A stretch of DNA of 64,000 nt from Candidatus Omnitrophota bacterium (lineage in GTDB: Bacteria > Omnitrophota > Gorgyraeia > JABMRN01 > RBG-13-46-9). The stretch is from positions 11,499 through 75,498 of the forward strand of contig JABMQJ010000007.1 of NCBI GenBank assembly GCA_013203315.1, read 5' to 3'. Position 1 is the first letter of the stretch; every line of letters begins with the position of its first letter. The notes under the pieces are model-generated. The model searched no databases and had not been told where the DNA came from. It worked only from the letters and a program-made list of their open reading frames with translations. Made by a program: the position numbers and the translations under genes. This document shows positions 30,411 to 39,875 of this stretch, piece by piece.

Positions 30411-31877
30411 TTATTTTCCTCTTGCGTAAAACTTTGTTTTATATCGATTAATTTTAATGTTCTTCTGAAAATTAAACCCGGCCTTTTTGAAAGCTCTTAT
30501 GGAAGGTATATTTTTTTCTCTTATATATGCGTTTATGCTGTTTATGTCCGGCCTCTCGGCAAAAAAAGTATTTACGGCTATATTCAAAATATATGAAGAA
30601 AGATTCAAGCCGCGTGCGCTCTTTACCAGGCTAAAACTGATTGCGGCTTCATTTTTTGGTTTGTCAATATCAAATCTTATTTGACCATAAAATTGGTTTG
30701 AAACGGAAATTATAAAAAGTACGCAATCTTTATCTTTCATTCTTTTCTTCATCCATCCAAGATGATGGTCCCAGCTTATTATTTTAGGATCAAAGGAACC
30801 TTCCCTGACCCTTCTTTCGTTAAATAAGTTAAGTATATCTCGCGCATCTTGAATGCGGGCTTTCCGTAACGAAAGATTGTTTTCAAACCACTGCGATAAA
30901 ATTGCCTTTACAGCCGTTTGGCTGCCGCTGCCGCCTATAAGAAGTTTGGCTATTTTCGATCTTTGTTTTCTTACTTTTACGCTTTTAAATCTTTCTATCG
31001 ATCTTTTAACTCTTTTTTTAAGATTTCCATCATTGAACCGGCCTGCGTATTCCAGAAAACCGGCCTTTTCCCAACCCTTGGCGTTCTTAAGTTGATTTTT
31101 CGCGACACATACGCCTATTGTCGGAATACCAACACGCGCGAGCTCATAAAGAGTTTGCCCCGCAGCGGAAATCGCTATGTCTGATCTTATCATTATTCTT
31201 TTCATCTTTTCTGAACTCGGATTATGGATAAATTTTGTTTTCGAATCTTTCAAACTATCTATTTTTTCTATGCTCCGAAACCCTCCGCCTATGACCACAA
31301 GTTTCCTGAATTGTGGGTACTCATTTTTTAACAAATTAAGTATAAGCGGGGTCATTTGTCTTTTATCGTCTCCTCCAAAAGTAACCAATACGCGGTTTAC
31401 AGCTTTCTTTATTTTTATATTCGGCATATTCCAAAATTCTCTTCGTATGAGGGTGTAGTTTGTTCCGAGAAGATATGAAATCTCTCTATCTTTGGCATAA
31501 TTAAGCGTCGTAGCGTACACAGATCCATTAAGAACAACCCCCTTGTCATACTTTAGTCTATTATTGTCATCGACATAAACAGCAAGGTCAACATTGTTAG
31601 AAATTTCCTTATAGAATCTCTCATCACACATGTAGGAATCTACAATACAAATTGCAGATCCCCGAACGGTCTCAAGAAGCCTCTTTTTCTCTTTTAACCA
31701 ATCAAAAATAAAGTATTTTCTTTTCCCGAGAATATTGCATACGCTTTTATCGCCGTTTATTATAAATACAGGGCTGATGCTGCGTTCCTCAAAGGCCTGA
31801 GAAAGAGAAACACACCTTGCTAAATGACCGAAGCCCACATTCTTACCACCCTCTGTTATTATGAAAACTTTTCTCAT
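30411..31877 (-). CDS. pseG: PseG UDP-sugar hydrolase fused to a PseH-like GNAT N-acetyltransferase
   Basis: N-terminal GFGHLARC, VDSY, TFGGDD, SAAGQTLYE, NQ; C-terminal GNAT LRKA..D...HLGW...GQIRFD...NIPSIRAFKKAGF. Confidence 0.85.
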   Translation of the reverse strand: MRKVFIITEGGKNVGFGHLARCVSLSQAFEERSISPVFIINGDKSVCNILGKRKYFIFDWLKEKKRLLETVRGSAICIVDSYMCDERFYKEISNNVDLAVYVDDNNRLKYDKGVVLNGSVYATTLNYAKDREISYLLGTNYTLIRREFWNMPNIKIKKAVNRVLVTFGGDDKRQMTPLILNLLKNEYPQFRKLVVIGGGFRSIEKIDSLKDSKTKFIHNPSSEKMKRIMIRSDIAISAAGQTLYELARVGIPTIGVCVAKNQLKNAKGWEKAGFLEYAGRFNDGNLKKRVKRSIERFKSVKVRKQRSKIAKLLIGGSGSQTAVKAILSQWFENNLSLRKARIQDARDILNLFNERRVREGSFDPKIISWDHHLGWMKKRMKDKDCVLFIISVSNQFYGQIRFDIDKPKNEAAISFSLVKSARGLNLSSYILNIAVNTFFAERPDINSINAYIREKNIPSIRAFKKAGFNFQKNIKINRYKTKFYARGK

Positions 31878-32614
31878 ATTTTCTTTTGAATCACTTTATT
31901 GTTTAGCGATTTAAGCCACGGATTTTCGCGTAATGTCTTGACCACATCAAAAGCTGTAAATTTAGCCTTCTTTTTAAAAAGAAGGCTAAATATCGCATTG
32001 ATGAATGAGTAATCCTCTTTGGTATCAAGCACAAGCCTTATATCCGGGCCGTAAAGCTCCCGCGGTGCTTTAACTTGAGTAATCTTAAAAGCCTTTGGCC
32101 TTTTGTAAATATAAGGAGTTACATGCTCTTTTTCACTTGGTTTCTTGGCATTTTTATACGCCTTTTCAAGGACGCTAAAGTTAAAAACTTCGGTATCAAA
32201 TCCGCGGGGATAGCTTCTCGTGAGTGTGTTTGAAGTATAATCGGACTTTGACTTTATGTGCCTGGTGATTATTGAATCTACTATCTCCGGATCTATGCAT
32301 GGGCAATCGCTACAAATTCTCACTATCACATCCAGTTCGTTTTCCTTTGCGCAAAAATAATACCGGGACAAAACATTCTCTTCGCTCCCCCTAAAAAGGG
32401 TAACCTTTTCTTTTTTTGCGACATTAGCGATTTCATCACTATCCTTTTTATTGACTGTCGCGACTATAATTTCGTCTAATCGCTTTGATTTTTTCAGTCT
32501 TCTTGTGACATGTTCGAGCACTGTAATGCCGCTTCCGGCAGGGACCTCTTTCAAGACCTTACCCGGAAGTCTGGTCGAAGAAAATCTCGCCTGTACTATA
32601 GCGCCTACCTTCAC
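31874..32614 (-). CDS. SpsF/PseF-type acylneuraminate cytidylyltransferase family protein
   Basis: VQARFSSTRLPGKVL, GSEENVLSRY, RICSDCP, EHVTPY, LDTKED. Confidence 0.87.
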   Translation of the reverse strand: MKVGAIVQARFSSTRLPGKVLKEVPAGSGITVLEHVTRRLKKSKRLDEIIVATVNKKDSDEIANVAKKEKVTLFRGSEENVLSRYYFCAKENELDVIVRICSDCPCIDPEIVDSIITRHIKSKSDYTSNTLTRSYPRGFDTEVFNFSVLEKAYKNAKKPSEKEHVTPYIYKRPKAFKITQVKAPRELYGPDIRLVLDTKEDYSFINAIFSLLFKKKAKFTAFDVVKTLRENPWLKSLNNKVIQKKI

Positions 32615-32696
32615 CTTGGCGTTCTCCTTTAAAGCCTAACGTTTATAAGGCATTTCTTTGTCAATTACATGAATTAACGACGGCTACTCTTTTCAT
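32615..32696 (-). pseudogene. Probable relic of a HisH/WbuY-like glutaminase N-terminus
   Basis: ATG at 32696 reads MKRVAVVNSCN*QRNAL*TLGF, resembling the HisH start (..VAIVDYG.GNL.SV.NAL..LG). It sits where wbuY/hisH normally follows a WbuX amidotransferase. Very short match. Confidence 0.35.
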
Positions 32697-33870
32697 ACGC
32701 TGCCTTAACAACGTTGTCATCGTTTATTCTTGTGAGGTTACCGGACTTATCCTTTAGGAGGCTTCCTCTTGAATCGCAAACAAAAAGTTTTTTGTTCGTA
32801 AAACGGTCGCAAATCTTTGTAAATTCCTCTATAGTCATGTCCATCTCTCCCAGTATCTCCTCAAGGGAATACCCCAGATAGGTCCAGGGGAATTTACCGT
32901 CAAGCCTTTTTACCGCATCAAGCCCTTCTTCCCTCGTAAGACGCCCCCGACGTATGTTCAAAGATGCGTAGTCCGTTACTCGTCCAAAACCAAATTTCAA
33001 AAATTTGAAATAGTCGTGTATGCGCATCTGGCAATTATCGAGATTCTCGTAGTTTACGAGGTTGCCTTCTACATTTTTGGGATATGTCTCAAGGCCGTGC
33101 GCCTGTGCTACCAGCGCGTTGCTATAGCTGTCCCATGGCGTATAATGACCCAAGAAAAGCCCTGTAACGCCCACGCGCTTTAGTTCTTCATCTTTGGGAT
33201 AGGTAAACTGGATGAGATGCTTTGCTTCAATTCCATCTTTCCCTATTAAATCGGACACTTTCAAGCCCAATAAGCCGCCGAATTTCTCAAGCCACGGCCG
33301 GTCCAAAACGTTATTTTCGGCTGCCGCTGCCGGGCCGCCATACTCGTTTTGGGAGTTCTCTCCCCATATGATCAATGGGACATTGAACTGCACTGCTATC
33401 CTAACGGGAATCGTAAATATGGTCAAATGTTCCGGCCACGAAATATCGCCTACTTCGGACATGGCGAAGCGGTTGATCTTTCTCCTGACCACACGATTTG
33501 TGGTAACTTCGATATAGTCGACGCCTAGTTTTTTTAAATTCTCGATATTGCGCCGCCCTATGTCAGATAGCTTACAGGTTGTAGCCGTAACACATAAAGG
33601 ATTCATTCCTAATTCCAACATTTTTAGGGTCTGAAAGTGGCTATCCTTACCTCCGCTAACCGGAATAATGCAATCATAGTTACTGTTATTTTTTGAGCGG
33701 TAGCGATCGAGTATTTTTACCAACTCCTCTTTCCGCTTGTTCCAGTCTATGCTTTTTCTCTCTGTGAATGAGCGGCATGCGTTACAAACCCCTTCTTCAT
33801 CAATATAAAGATCCGGTCTCGTTTCAGGCATAACACAGCGTTTGCAATATTTTATGCTTTTCTCCGTCAT
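32674..33870 (-). CDS. N-acetyl sugar amidotransferase (WbuX/PseA/WbpG family)
   Basis: YCKRCVMPETRP, CNAC, PP-loop VSGGKDS, WGEN..EYGG, HDYFKFLKFGFGR. Start probably Met at 33870. Confidence 0.9.
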   Translation of the reverse strand: MTEKSIKYCKRCVMPETRPDLYIDEEGVCNACRSFTERKSIDWNKRKEELVKILDRYRSKNNSNYDCIIPVSGGKDSHFQTLKMLELGMNPLCVTATTCKLSDIGRRNIENLKKLGVDYIEVTTNRVVRRKINRFAMSEVGDISWPEHLTIFTIPVRIAVQFNVPLIIWGENSQNEYGGPAAAAENNVLDRPWLEKFGGLLGLKVSDLIGKDGIEAKHLIQFTYPKDEELKRVGVTGLFLGHYTPWDSYSNALVAQAHGLETYPKNVEGNLVNYENLDNCQMRIHDYFKFLKFGFGRVTDYASLNIRRGRLTREEGLDAVKRLDGKFPWTYLGYSLEEILGEMDMTIEEFTKICDRFTNKKLFVCDSRGSLLKDKSGNLTRINDDNVVKAAYEKSSRR

Positions 33871-34889
33871 ACAGTACAACTCTCCTTTTCCGTTCGTGTT
33901 TCTTTTTTGTTAATTTGTAAACTTTTTTTAATTAATGCTTCCATCTCTTTTCCTGTTAACCATTCGGGATTATTGTTGCTCGCGTATCGAAAACCGTCCT
34001 TTAGCTTCTTGCCGCCCTTAAAGTTATCATCTGACCACCAGTGAAATTCCGGTTCAATTACAAAGAAATCGCTAAATTCTTTCGCGTGTCTTGCCTCATC
34101 TTCGGTAACCAGAACCTCGTCTATTTTTTCGCCGGGCCTTATGCCTATCTCTTTAATCCTGCAACCCTTAACCATTAATTTCGCCAAATCTACGACCTTC
34201 ATGCTAGGAATTTTAGGCACAAATATCTCTCCTCCCTGCATGAGATCTACGGACTTTACTACAAATTCAACGCCTTTTTCCAGAGTGATCCAGAATCTTG
34301 TCATGCGCTTGTCAGTAACCGTAACGGTGCCTTTTTTTTCCTGCTCTTTAAACTTATGCACGACGCTCCCACGGCTTCCTATTACGTTCCCATATCGGGC
34401 GCAACTAAATCTTGTACCGCTTTTGCCGGAATAGGAATTGCCCTGGATGAATATTTTCTCCGCGCACAATTTCGTCGCCCCGTACAGATTAATTGGGTTT
34501 ACGGCTTTGTCGGTACTGATCGCCATTACCTTTTTGACGCCGGCATTTATTGCAGTATCTATTATGTTTTGCGCGCCTAAAATATTTGTCTTTACGGCTT
34601 CGAAGGGATTGTACTCACAGGCTGGAACCTGCTTTAGCGCGGCGGCATGAACTACCAGGTCCACACCCTGCATGGCCCTTTCGAGCCTCTCTTTATCGCG
34701 AACATCGCCTATAAAAAATCTTACGGGCCCTTTATTCCCGTAACGGTGTTCCATTTCGGACTGCTTGAGCTCATCCCGGCTATACACCCTTATAACCTTA
34801 GGCTTATACTTTTTTAACATGATCTCGATAAATTTCTTTCCGAATGAACCGGTTCCGCCCGTAACAAGAATTGTCTCGTTATTTAACAT
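33867..34889 (-). CDS. pseB: UDP-N-acetylglucosamine 4,6-dehydratase (inverting)
   Basis: TGGTGSFG, SRDELKQ, HAAALKQVPACEYNP, STDKA.NP.NLYGATK, RYGNVIGSRGSV, MTRFWIT. Confidence 0.93.
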   Translation of the reverse strand: MLNNETILVTGGTGSFGKKFIEIMLKKYKPKVIRVYSRDELKQSEMEHRYGNKGPVRFFIGDVRDKERLERAMQGVDLVVHAAALKQVPACEYNPFEAVKTNILGAQNIIDTAINAGVKKVMAISTDKAVNPINLYGATKLCAEKIFIQGNSYSGKSGTRFSCARYGNVIGSRGSVVHKFKEQEKKGTVTVTDKRMTRFWITLEKGVEFVVKSVDLMQGGEIFVPKIPSMKVVDLAKLMVKGCRIKEIGIRPGEKIDEVLVTEDEARHAKEFSDFFVIEPEFHWWSDDNFKGGKKLKDGFRYASNNNPEWLTGKEMEALIKKSLQINKKETRTEKESCTV

Positions 34890-34898
34890 TGTATCCTC

Positions 34899-35258
34899 CT
34901 AGACTATGTTCTCTGTCTTTTTGTTTTCTTGTGTTTTCGCCGTGTACTTCTCATACTCTTCTTTTAATCTTCTATACTCTTTTTCCTTTGCTTTCAAAAA
35001 ATAGAATGTGAGCGTCATCTTCTCCTCAATACCTTTTTGAGTAAGAATATACTTTAGTTTTTTGCTTTTTTCGGGATTCTTGGAAAACGCACCCATCATG
35101 ATCATGCCCTTTTTGACAAGCTCTTTTAAAAGATAATTGGTTTTTCCCAGGGAAATGTTGAGCTTCTGGGAAAGGAGGCGCTGGTTTAAGGATGGATCAT
35201 CCTCCAGTTCCCTTATAAGGCGGAGTGTCTCTTCTTTAGAAAAGCTATGTTCATTCAT
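34899..35258 (-). CDS. EPS-associated MarR-family winged-helix transcriptional regulator
   Basis: 119 aa; NQRLLSQKLNISLGKTNYLLKELVKKG, YILTQKGIEEK, FLKAKEKEY. Confidence 0.88.
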   Translation of the reverse strand: MNEHSFSKEETLRLIRELEDDPSLNQRLLSQKLNISLGKTNYLLKELVKKGMIMMGAFSKNPEKSKKLKYILTQKGIEEKMTLTFYFLKAKEKEYRRLKEEYEKYTAKTQENKKTENIV

Positions 35259-35265
35259 TGAACAT
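35247..35265. promoter_or_regulatory. Palindromic operator candidate over the regulator start codon
   Basis: Perfect 7-5-7 inverted repeat ATGTTCA-TTCAT-TGAACAT spanning the start codon (35256-35258) and predicted transcription start. Confidence 0.6.
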
Positions 35266-35266
35266 C

Positions 35267-35295
35267 ATTGTATACTCTGACGTGTTCTAAGTCAA
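35267..35295 (-). promoter_or_regulatory. Internal sigma70 promoter (near-leaderless) for the regulator and pse block
   Basis: Minus strand TTGACT (35295-35290), 17 bp, TACAAT (35272-35267); ATG lies 8 nt after the -10 box. Confidence 0.7.
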
Positions 35296-35390
35296 CAGAA
35301 AAGTAGTATCAGCGGGGTGAGGGGCAGTAATCAGATAGCGTCTCTTTTCCGTAATCGCTTAACTTGCCGTTCATACATTTTTATCTTCGG

Positions 35391-36485
35391 CTAAACTTTT
35401 TTAATCGTGGCTACGATATAATCTTTTTCTTCTTTTGTCAATTCGGGGTAAACGGGAATTGCGAAACTTTCTTTGGATAGTTTCTCCGATTCCGGAAAAT
35501 CACCCGGTTTGTGTCCCAAGGATTTGAAGCATTCCTGCAAGTGTAACGGCAGAGGATAATACGTTCGCGATTCTATTCCGCTATCAAGGAGATGCTTAAC
35601 GATTTTTCCCGCATCTTTGCTTCTTAGAACGTACTGATGATAGGAATGTCGATAGCCCTCGGGAACGTGGGGCGTTGTAATAGAACATCCTGCAAGATTC
35701 TTGTTAAAGAATGCGGCATTCTCGATCCTTTGATCTATCCATTTATCCAAATAAGTAAGTTTTATGTTCAGAACGGCTGCCTGAAGATTGTCGAGACGGC
35801 TATTGTATCCTACAATTTTGTGATAATAACTTTTTTCCGAGCCGTGGTTTCTAAGTAGCTTGACTTTCTTGTACAGAGCCTCCTCGTTGGTTACCACCAT
35901 ACCGCCGTCACCGAAGCAACCCAGGTTTTTGCCCGGATAGAAGCTTATAGCTCCTGCTACTCCTAAACTACCGGCCTTTTTCCCTTTATACGTAGAGCCT
36001 ATTGCCTGCGCGCAGTCTTCGAGCACCGGGAGCTTGTGTTTCTTCGCAATGCTTGAAATAGGGTCCATGTCCGCGCATAAACCATACAAGTGGACCGGCA
36101 CTATGGCCTTGGTCTTCTCGGTTATCTTTGCTTCTACGAGGCCCGGATCTATATTGTAAGTTTTAGGGTCTATATCGACAAAAACCGGTTTCCCTCCCAC
36201 CAGGGAAATAGCTTCCACTGTAGCTACAAACGTAAAAGGCGTAGTAATTACTTCGTCACCCTTGCAAATGCCCATAGCATTTAAAGCCAATATCAGTGCG
36301 TCTGTGCCGGAATTTACACCTATCGCATATTGTGTGTTACAATATTCGGAAATATTTTTTTCGATCAGGGAAACCTCTTCCCCTAACACAAATGACTGAT
36401 TGTCGCATATCTTTGATATACGTGCTTCTATTTCTTTTTTTAGCCCCTTGTACTGTTTCTTTAAGTCAAGTATAGGTATTTTCAT
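35391..36485 (-). CDS. DegT-family aminotransferase (WbpE/WlbC/GnnB-like)
   Basis: [56 protein letters not shown]. Confidence 0.92.
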   Translation of the reverse strand: MKIPILDLKKQYKGLKKEIEARISKICDNQSFVLGEEVSLIEKNISEYCNTQYAIGVNSGTDALILALNAMGICKGDEVITTPFTFVATVEAISLVGGKPVFVDIDPKTYNIDPGLVEAKITEKTKAIVPVHLYGLCADMDPISSIAKKHKLPVLEDCAQAIGSTYKGKKAGSLGVAGAISFYPGKNLGCFGDGGMVVTNEEALYKKVKLLRNHGSEKSYYHKIVGYNSRLDNLQAAVLNIKLTYLDKWIDQRIENAAFFNKNLAGCSITTPHVPEGYRHSYHQYVLRSKDAGKIVKHLLDSGIESRTYYPLPLHLQECFKSLGHKPGDFPESEKLSKESFAIPVYPELTKEEKDYIVATIKKV

Positions 36486-37414
36486 AGTTCTCCAATATGT
36501 TCAATGGTTTTTGTTAATCCTTTTTTCAAGTCTATCTTTGGCTTCCATTTAAGTTTAGATTTAGCGAGCGTTATATTCGGCCTTCTTACTTTAGGGTCGT
36601 CTATAGGCAGTGGTTTATGAATAATTTTGCTTTTACTTTTTGTGAGTTTGATTATAAGGCGTGCCAACTGCATGATAGAGAATTCGCGGGGATTTCCTAT
36701 GTTAACTGGATAATTTATATTTGATTTCAGCAATTTGTAAATTCCTTCTATCAAATCGCTTACATAACAAAAGCTCCTGGTTTGAGTGCCGTTTCCGTAT
36801 ACGGTTATGGGACTACCCTTAAGGGCTTGATCCAGGAAATTCGGTATTGCCCTGCCGTCACGCTTTCGCATCCTTTCACCGTAAGTGTTAAAAATACGGA
36901 TTATTCTCGTATCTACATTGTGAGCGTTATGATATGCCATTGTTATCGCTTCGGCGAATCTTTTCGCTTCGTCATAGACACCGCGCGGGCCAACAGGATT
37001 AACGTTGCCCCAATACGACTCTTTCTGCGGGTGAACAAGAGGGTCTCCATAGATTTCACTCGTAGAGGCAAGCATGAATTTGGCCTTTTTTGCTTTGGCT
37101 ACTCCCAGGGCATTATGTGTACCGAGAGAACCCACTTTTAAAGTTTTTATGGGATACTTCAGATAGTCAATGGGGCTCGCCGGAGAAGCGAAATGTAAAA
37201 CATAATTTATGCCGCCTTTTATCTCGATGCGCTTCGATACATCGTGCTTTACGAATCTAAAATTCTTGTGTTTCAGGAGGTGTTCAATGTTGCCCTTGGA
37301 ACCGGTTATCAAATTATCCATGCAGATAACAGAGTAGCCTTCTTTTATAAAAAAATCACATAAATGCGAACCGATGAAACCCGCTCCGCCGGTTATTAAT
37401 ATTCTTTTTTTCAT
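36482..37414 (-). CDS. UDP-glucuronic acid decarboxylase (UDP-xylose synthase) family
   Basis: [57 protein letters not shown]. Confidence 0.9.
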   Translation of the reverse strand: MKKRILITGGAGFIGSHLCDFFIKEGYSVICMDNLITGSKGNIEHLLKHKNFRFVKHDVSKRIEIKGGINYVLHFASPASPIDYLKYPIKTLKVGSLGTHNALGVAKAKKAKFMLASTSEIYGDPLVHPQKESYWGNVNPVGPRGVYDEAKRFAEAITMAYHNAHNVDTRIIRIFNTYGERMRKRDGRAIPNFLDQALKGSPITVYGNGTQTRSFCYVSDLIEGIYKLLKSNINYPVNIGNPREFSIMQLARLIIKLTKSKSKIIHKPLPIDDPKVRRPNITLAKSKLKWKPKIDLKKGLTKTIEHIGEL

Positions 37415-37416
37415 TT

Positions 37417-38328
37417 TTATTGATCCCCCTTTAACATTGTTCTTAATCCATGTTCAAAACCAATGGGCTTGAAACTCAATTCACCCTGGGCAGAGCCGAT
37501 GTCCGCCAGTTTATCCTGGTCTATGCTTAAAATTTGCTGACTATGAGTTCGCAGAAAACGGTTAATTTTCCCTAAAACCAGGCACAGCCTTTTAACCGGG
37601 GCTATGGGTAAATGAACTATCATCCTTTTTTTACCCAATACCCTTAGGATAGTCTGTACAATCTCGTTCATGGTCAATGCAGAAGGTCCGGCTATGTCAT
37701 AAATCTTTCCGGTAGTTCCTTCAAGCTCTATACATTTTTTTATGGCATAGATTAAATCGCCTACATATACGGGTTGCCGCTTGTAATACCCGTCTCCGAA
37801 TATGGGCACTAAAGGTGAATGTCCTATAAACTTTATGAGAGAAGATATGTGTTTGTCGTCGGACTGGCCGTATACAACGGTTGACCTTAAGATCGTATAA
37901 TTTAAAGAGCTTTCCTTTAGTTTTTTTTCGGCGGCCAATTTGGTACCGCCATACAAAGAATGCGGTACCAGTTCTGCATCAATTGAGCTTACATAAACAA
38001 ACTTTTCTATATTCGCGCCCAACGATACATCTATCATGTTTGACATGCCGCGAACATTTACGTCTTCGAATTCAGCCTTATTCTTAGAATTTATTACAGA
38101 GGCCAGGTGTATGCAAAAATTTGCATTGCCGATTGCATTTTCCAGTGAGTCTCTATCCTGCAGATCGCCCAGAACTGTGGTTATGTTCTTTGACTTCCAC
38201 AAATCCTTATGTCTGTCACGGCGAACAAGGCATCGAACGTGAGAGCCCTCTTTTGCGAGCTTGTCTACCAAATGCCTCCCGATAAAACCGCCGGCTCCGG
38301 TTACAAAGTAGATATTATTTTTTTTCAT
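37417..38328 (-). CDS. NAD-dependent epimerase/dehydratase (atypical extended SDR)
   Basis: [39 protein letters not shown]. Confidence 0.82.
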   Translation of the reverse strand: MKKNNIYFVTGAGGFIGRHLVDKLAKEGSHVRCLVRRDRHKDLWKSKNITTVLGDLQDRDSLENAIGNANFCIHLASVINSKNKAEFEDVNVRGMSNMIDVSLGANIEKFVYVSSIDAELVPHSLYGGTKLAAEKKLKESSLNYTILRSTVVYGQSDDKHISSLIKFIGHSPLVPIFGDGYYKRQPVYVGDLIYAIKKCIELEGTTGKIYDIAGPSALTMNEIVQTILRVLGKKRMIVHLPIAPVKRLCLVLGKINRFLRTHSQQILSIDQDKLADIGSAQGELSFKPIGFEHGLRTMLKGDQ

Positions 38329-39835
38329 GCCGCCTATGCTTATAAAGCATCTCCTGCAATACCCGGTCTACTTTCGTTTCCTGTTTTCCGGTAAATAGGT
38401 TAACCAAAAGTCTTACGAACCTCCAGGGTCTAATAGCAAAGGAAATAGCATAAAACATAATCAATCCGCGTATCTTAAAGCCTAAAAGCTCACTTTTGCT
38501 CAAGCTGGAATTCCAGGAATCTGTTTTATTCAATGACAACGAAGAAAATAGCGCAAAATAAAATTCATTGGTTAATTCAAAACGTTTTGGATCTTTTTCC
38601 TTGAGCTCATCAAATACGGAAGTACCCGGAATCGGGATAAAAGTCGAGATGGCAATCTCGTGTACCCCTATAAGGGCCATCTTTCTTATTAGTTTAAATG
38701 TCTTTTTAATATCCTCGACGGTTTCGCCCGGGAAACCGATTAGAAAGAAAAGGCAGACGGTCATTTTGGAACTTATGGCGGCCTTTATCGAATTTTCTAA
38801 TTGACGAAGGTCAATCGTTTTACCCATTTTATCTAATACATCTTTACTGCCGCTCTCCGGCGCAAATGTGATATCCCTGCAGCCGGATTTCACAAGCAGC
38901 TCGGTAACCTCCTTGTCGATAACAACGGTCCTAGTACCCACCGGCAGCTGCCAGCGTATTCCAAGATTACGGCGTAATATTTCGTTCGCAAAACGCACTA
39001 TCCAGTCCTTGCGTATAATGGCTGTCAGATCCATAAGGTGAAAATCATTGGTTTTATATTTATTCATATAAAATTCGATTTCGTCGACAACTTTTTCAAC
39101 GCTCCTCGGCACCCAGACGGAACCCCACATGTTCCGGGCCGTGCAAAAACGGCATCTATAGGGGCATCCGCGGGTTGCGATTATGGGCATCGTGCGCCCT
39201 TTGCTCGCACCCATAAAAAGTCCTCTTTCGATATACTTTTCCACATCTATCAAATCCCACGCAGGGGGCGGGATAGAATCTAAATTTCTTATGCGCGGAC
39301 GCGGCTTATTTGCAATAGGTTTTTGCCCGTCCATATAAGCAATGCCGCTTATGTCATTTAAACGATCGCCTTTCTTTATTGAATCGGTTAATTCCTCAAA
39401 TGTAATTTCGCCCTCGCCCAAAACACAGAAATCCACGGGGGAACTCGACAAAACTGCTTCCCACATACCGGTAGCATGTTCGCCTCCCATGACAAGGGGT
39501 ATGTCCGGAAAACGCTTCTTTATTGCTTTTACCAATTCGCGCACATACGGCCAAACGGGTGTAAACATGCAGGTAATACCGATTACGTCCGATTCCGCCG
39601 GAATATTATTGACTATTTCATCTGTAGCTAATCCCTGCACGACGATATCTCTGTTAAGCGAGTGACCTGACCGTTTGTCCATGGCCTGCCCCACAGCATC
39701 TATAACGTGCACATTATGGCCCTTCTCGCGCATATATGAAGCTATGTAACATAGTCCCAGCGGTGGATGGAAAATAGATGAGTAATTTAATTTTAACTCG
39801 AAATGCGGGGGATTAATCAACGTTATGTTATTCAT
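38315..39835 (-). CDS. Cobalamin-dependent radical SAM protein
   Basis: 506 aa; LINPP, HPPLGLCYIAS, GGEHAT, GEGE, TRGCPYRCRFC, APESGS, PIPGT. Confidence 0.92.
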   Translation of the reverse strand: MNNITLINPPHFELKLNYSSIFHPPLGLCYIASYMREKGHNVHVIDAVGQAMDKRSGHSLNRDIVVQGLATDEIVNNIPAESDVIGITCMFTPVWPYVRELVKAIKKRFPDIPLVMGGEHATGMWEAVLSSSPVDFCVLGEGEITFEELTDSIKKGDRLNDISGIAYMDGQKPIANKPRPRIRNLDSIPPPAWDLIDVEKYIERGLFMGASKGRTMPIIATRGCPYRCRFCTARNMWGSVWVPRSVEKVVDEIEFYMNKYKTNDFHLMDLTAIIRKDWIVRFANEILRRNLGIRWQLPVGTRTVVIDKEVTELLVKSGCRDITFAPESGSKDVLDKMGKTIDLRQLENSIKAAISSKMTVCLFFLIGFPGETVEDIKKTFKLIRKMALIGVHEIAISTFIPIPGTSVFDELKEKDPKRFELTNEFYFALFSSLSLNKTDSWNSSLSKSELLGFKIRGLIMFYAISFAIRPWRFVRLLVNLFTGKQETKVDRVLQEMLYKHRRHEKK

Positions 39836-39875
39836 CGTCTCTTTCTTTGATAAAAAAATACAAGCCGCGCTTCTT

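Noticed and set aside
32636-32664. TTGACA on the minus strand as an internal promoter
   Set aside because: No acceptable -10 hexamer at 16-18 bp spacing.
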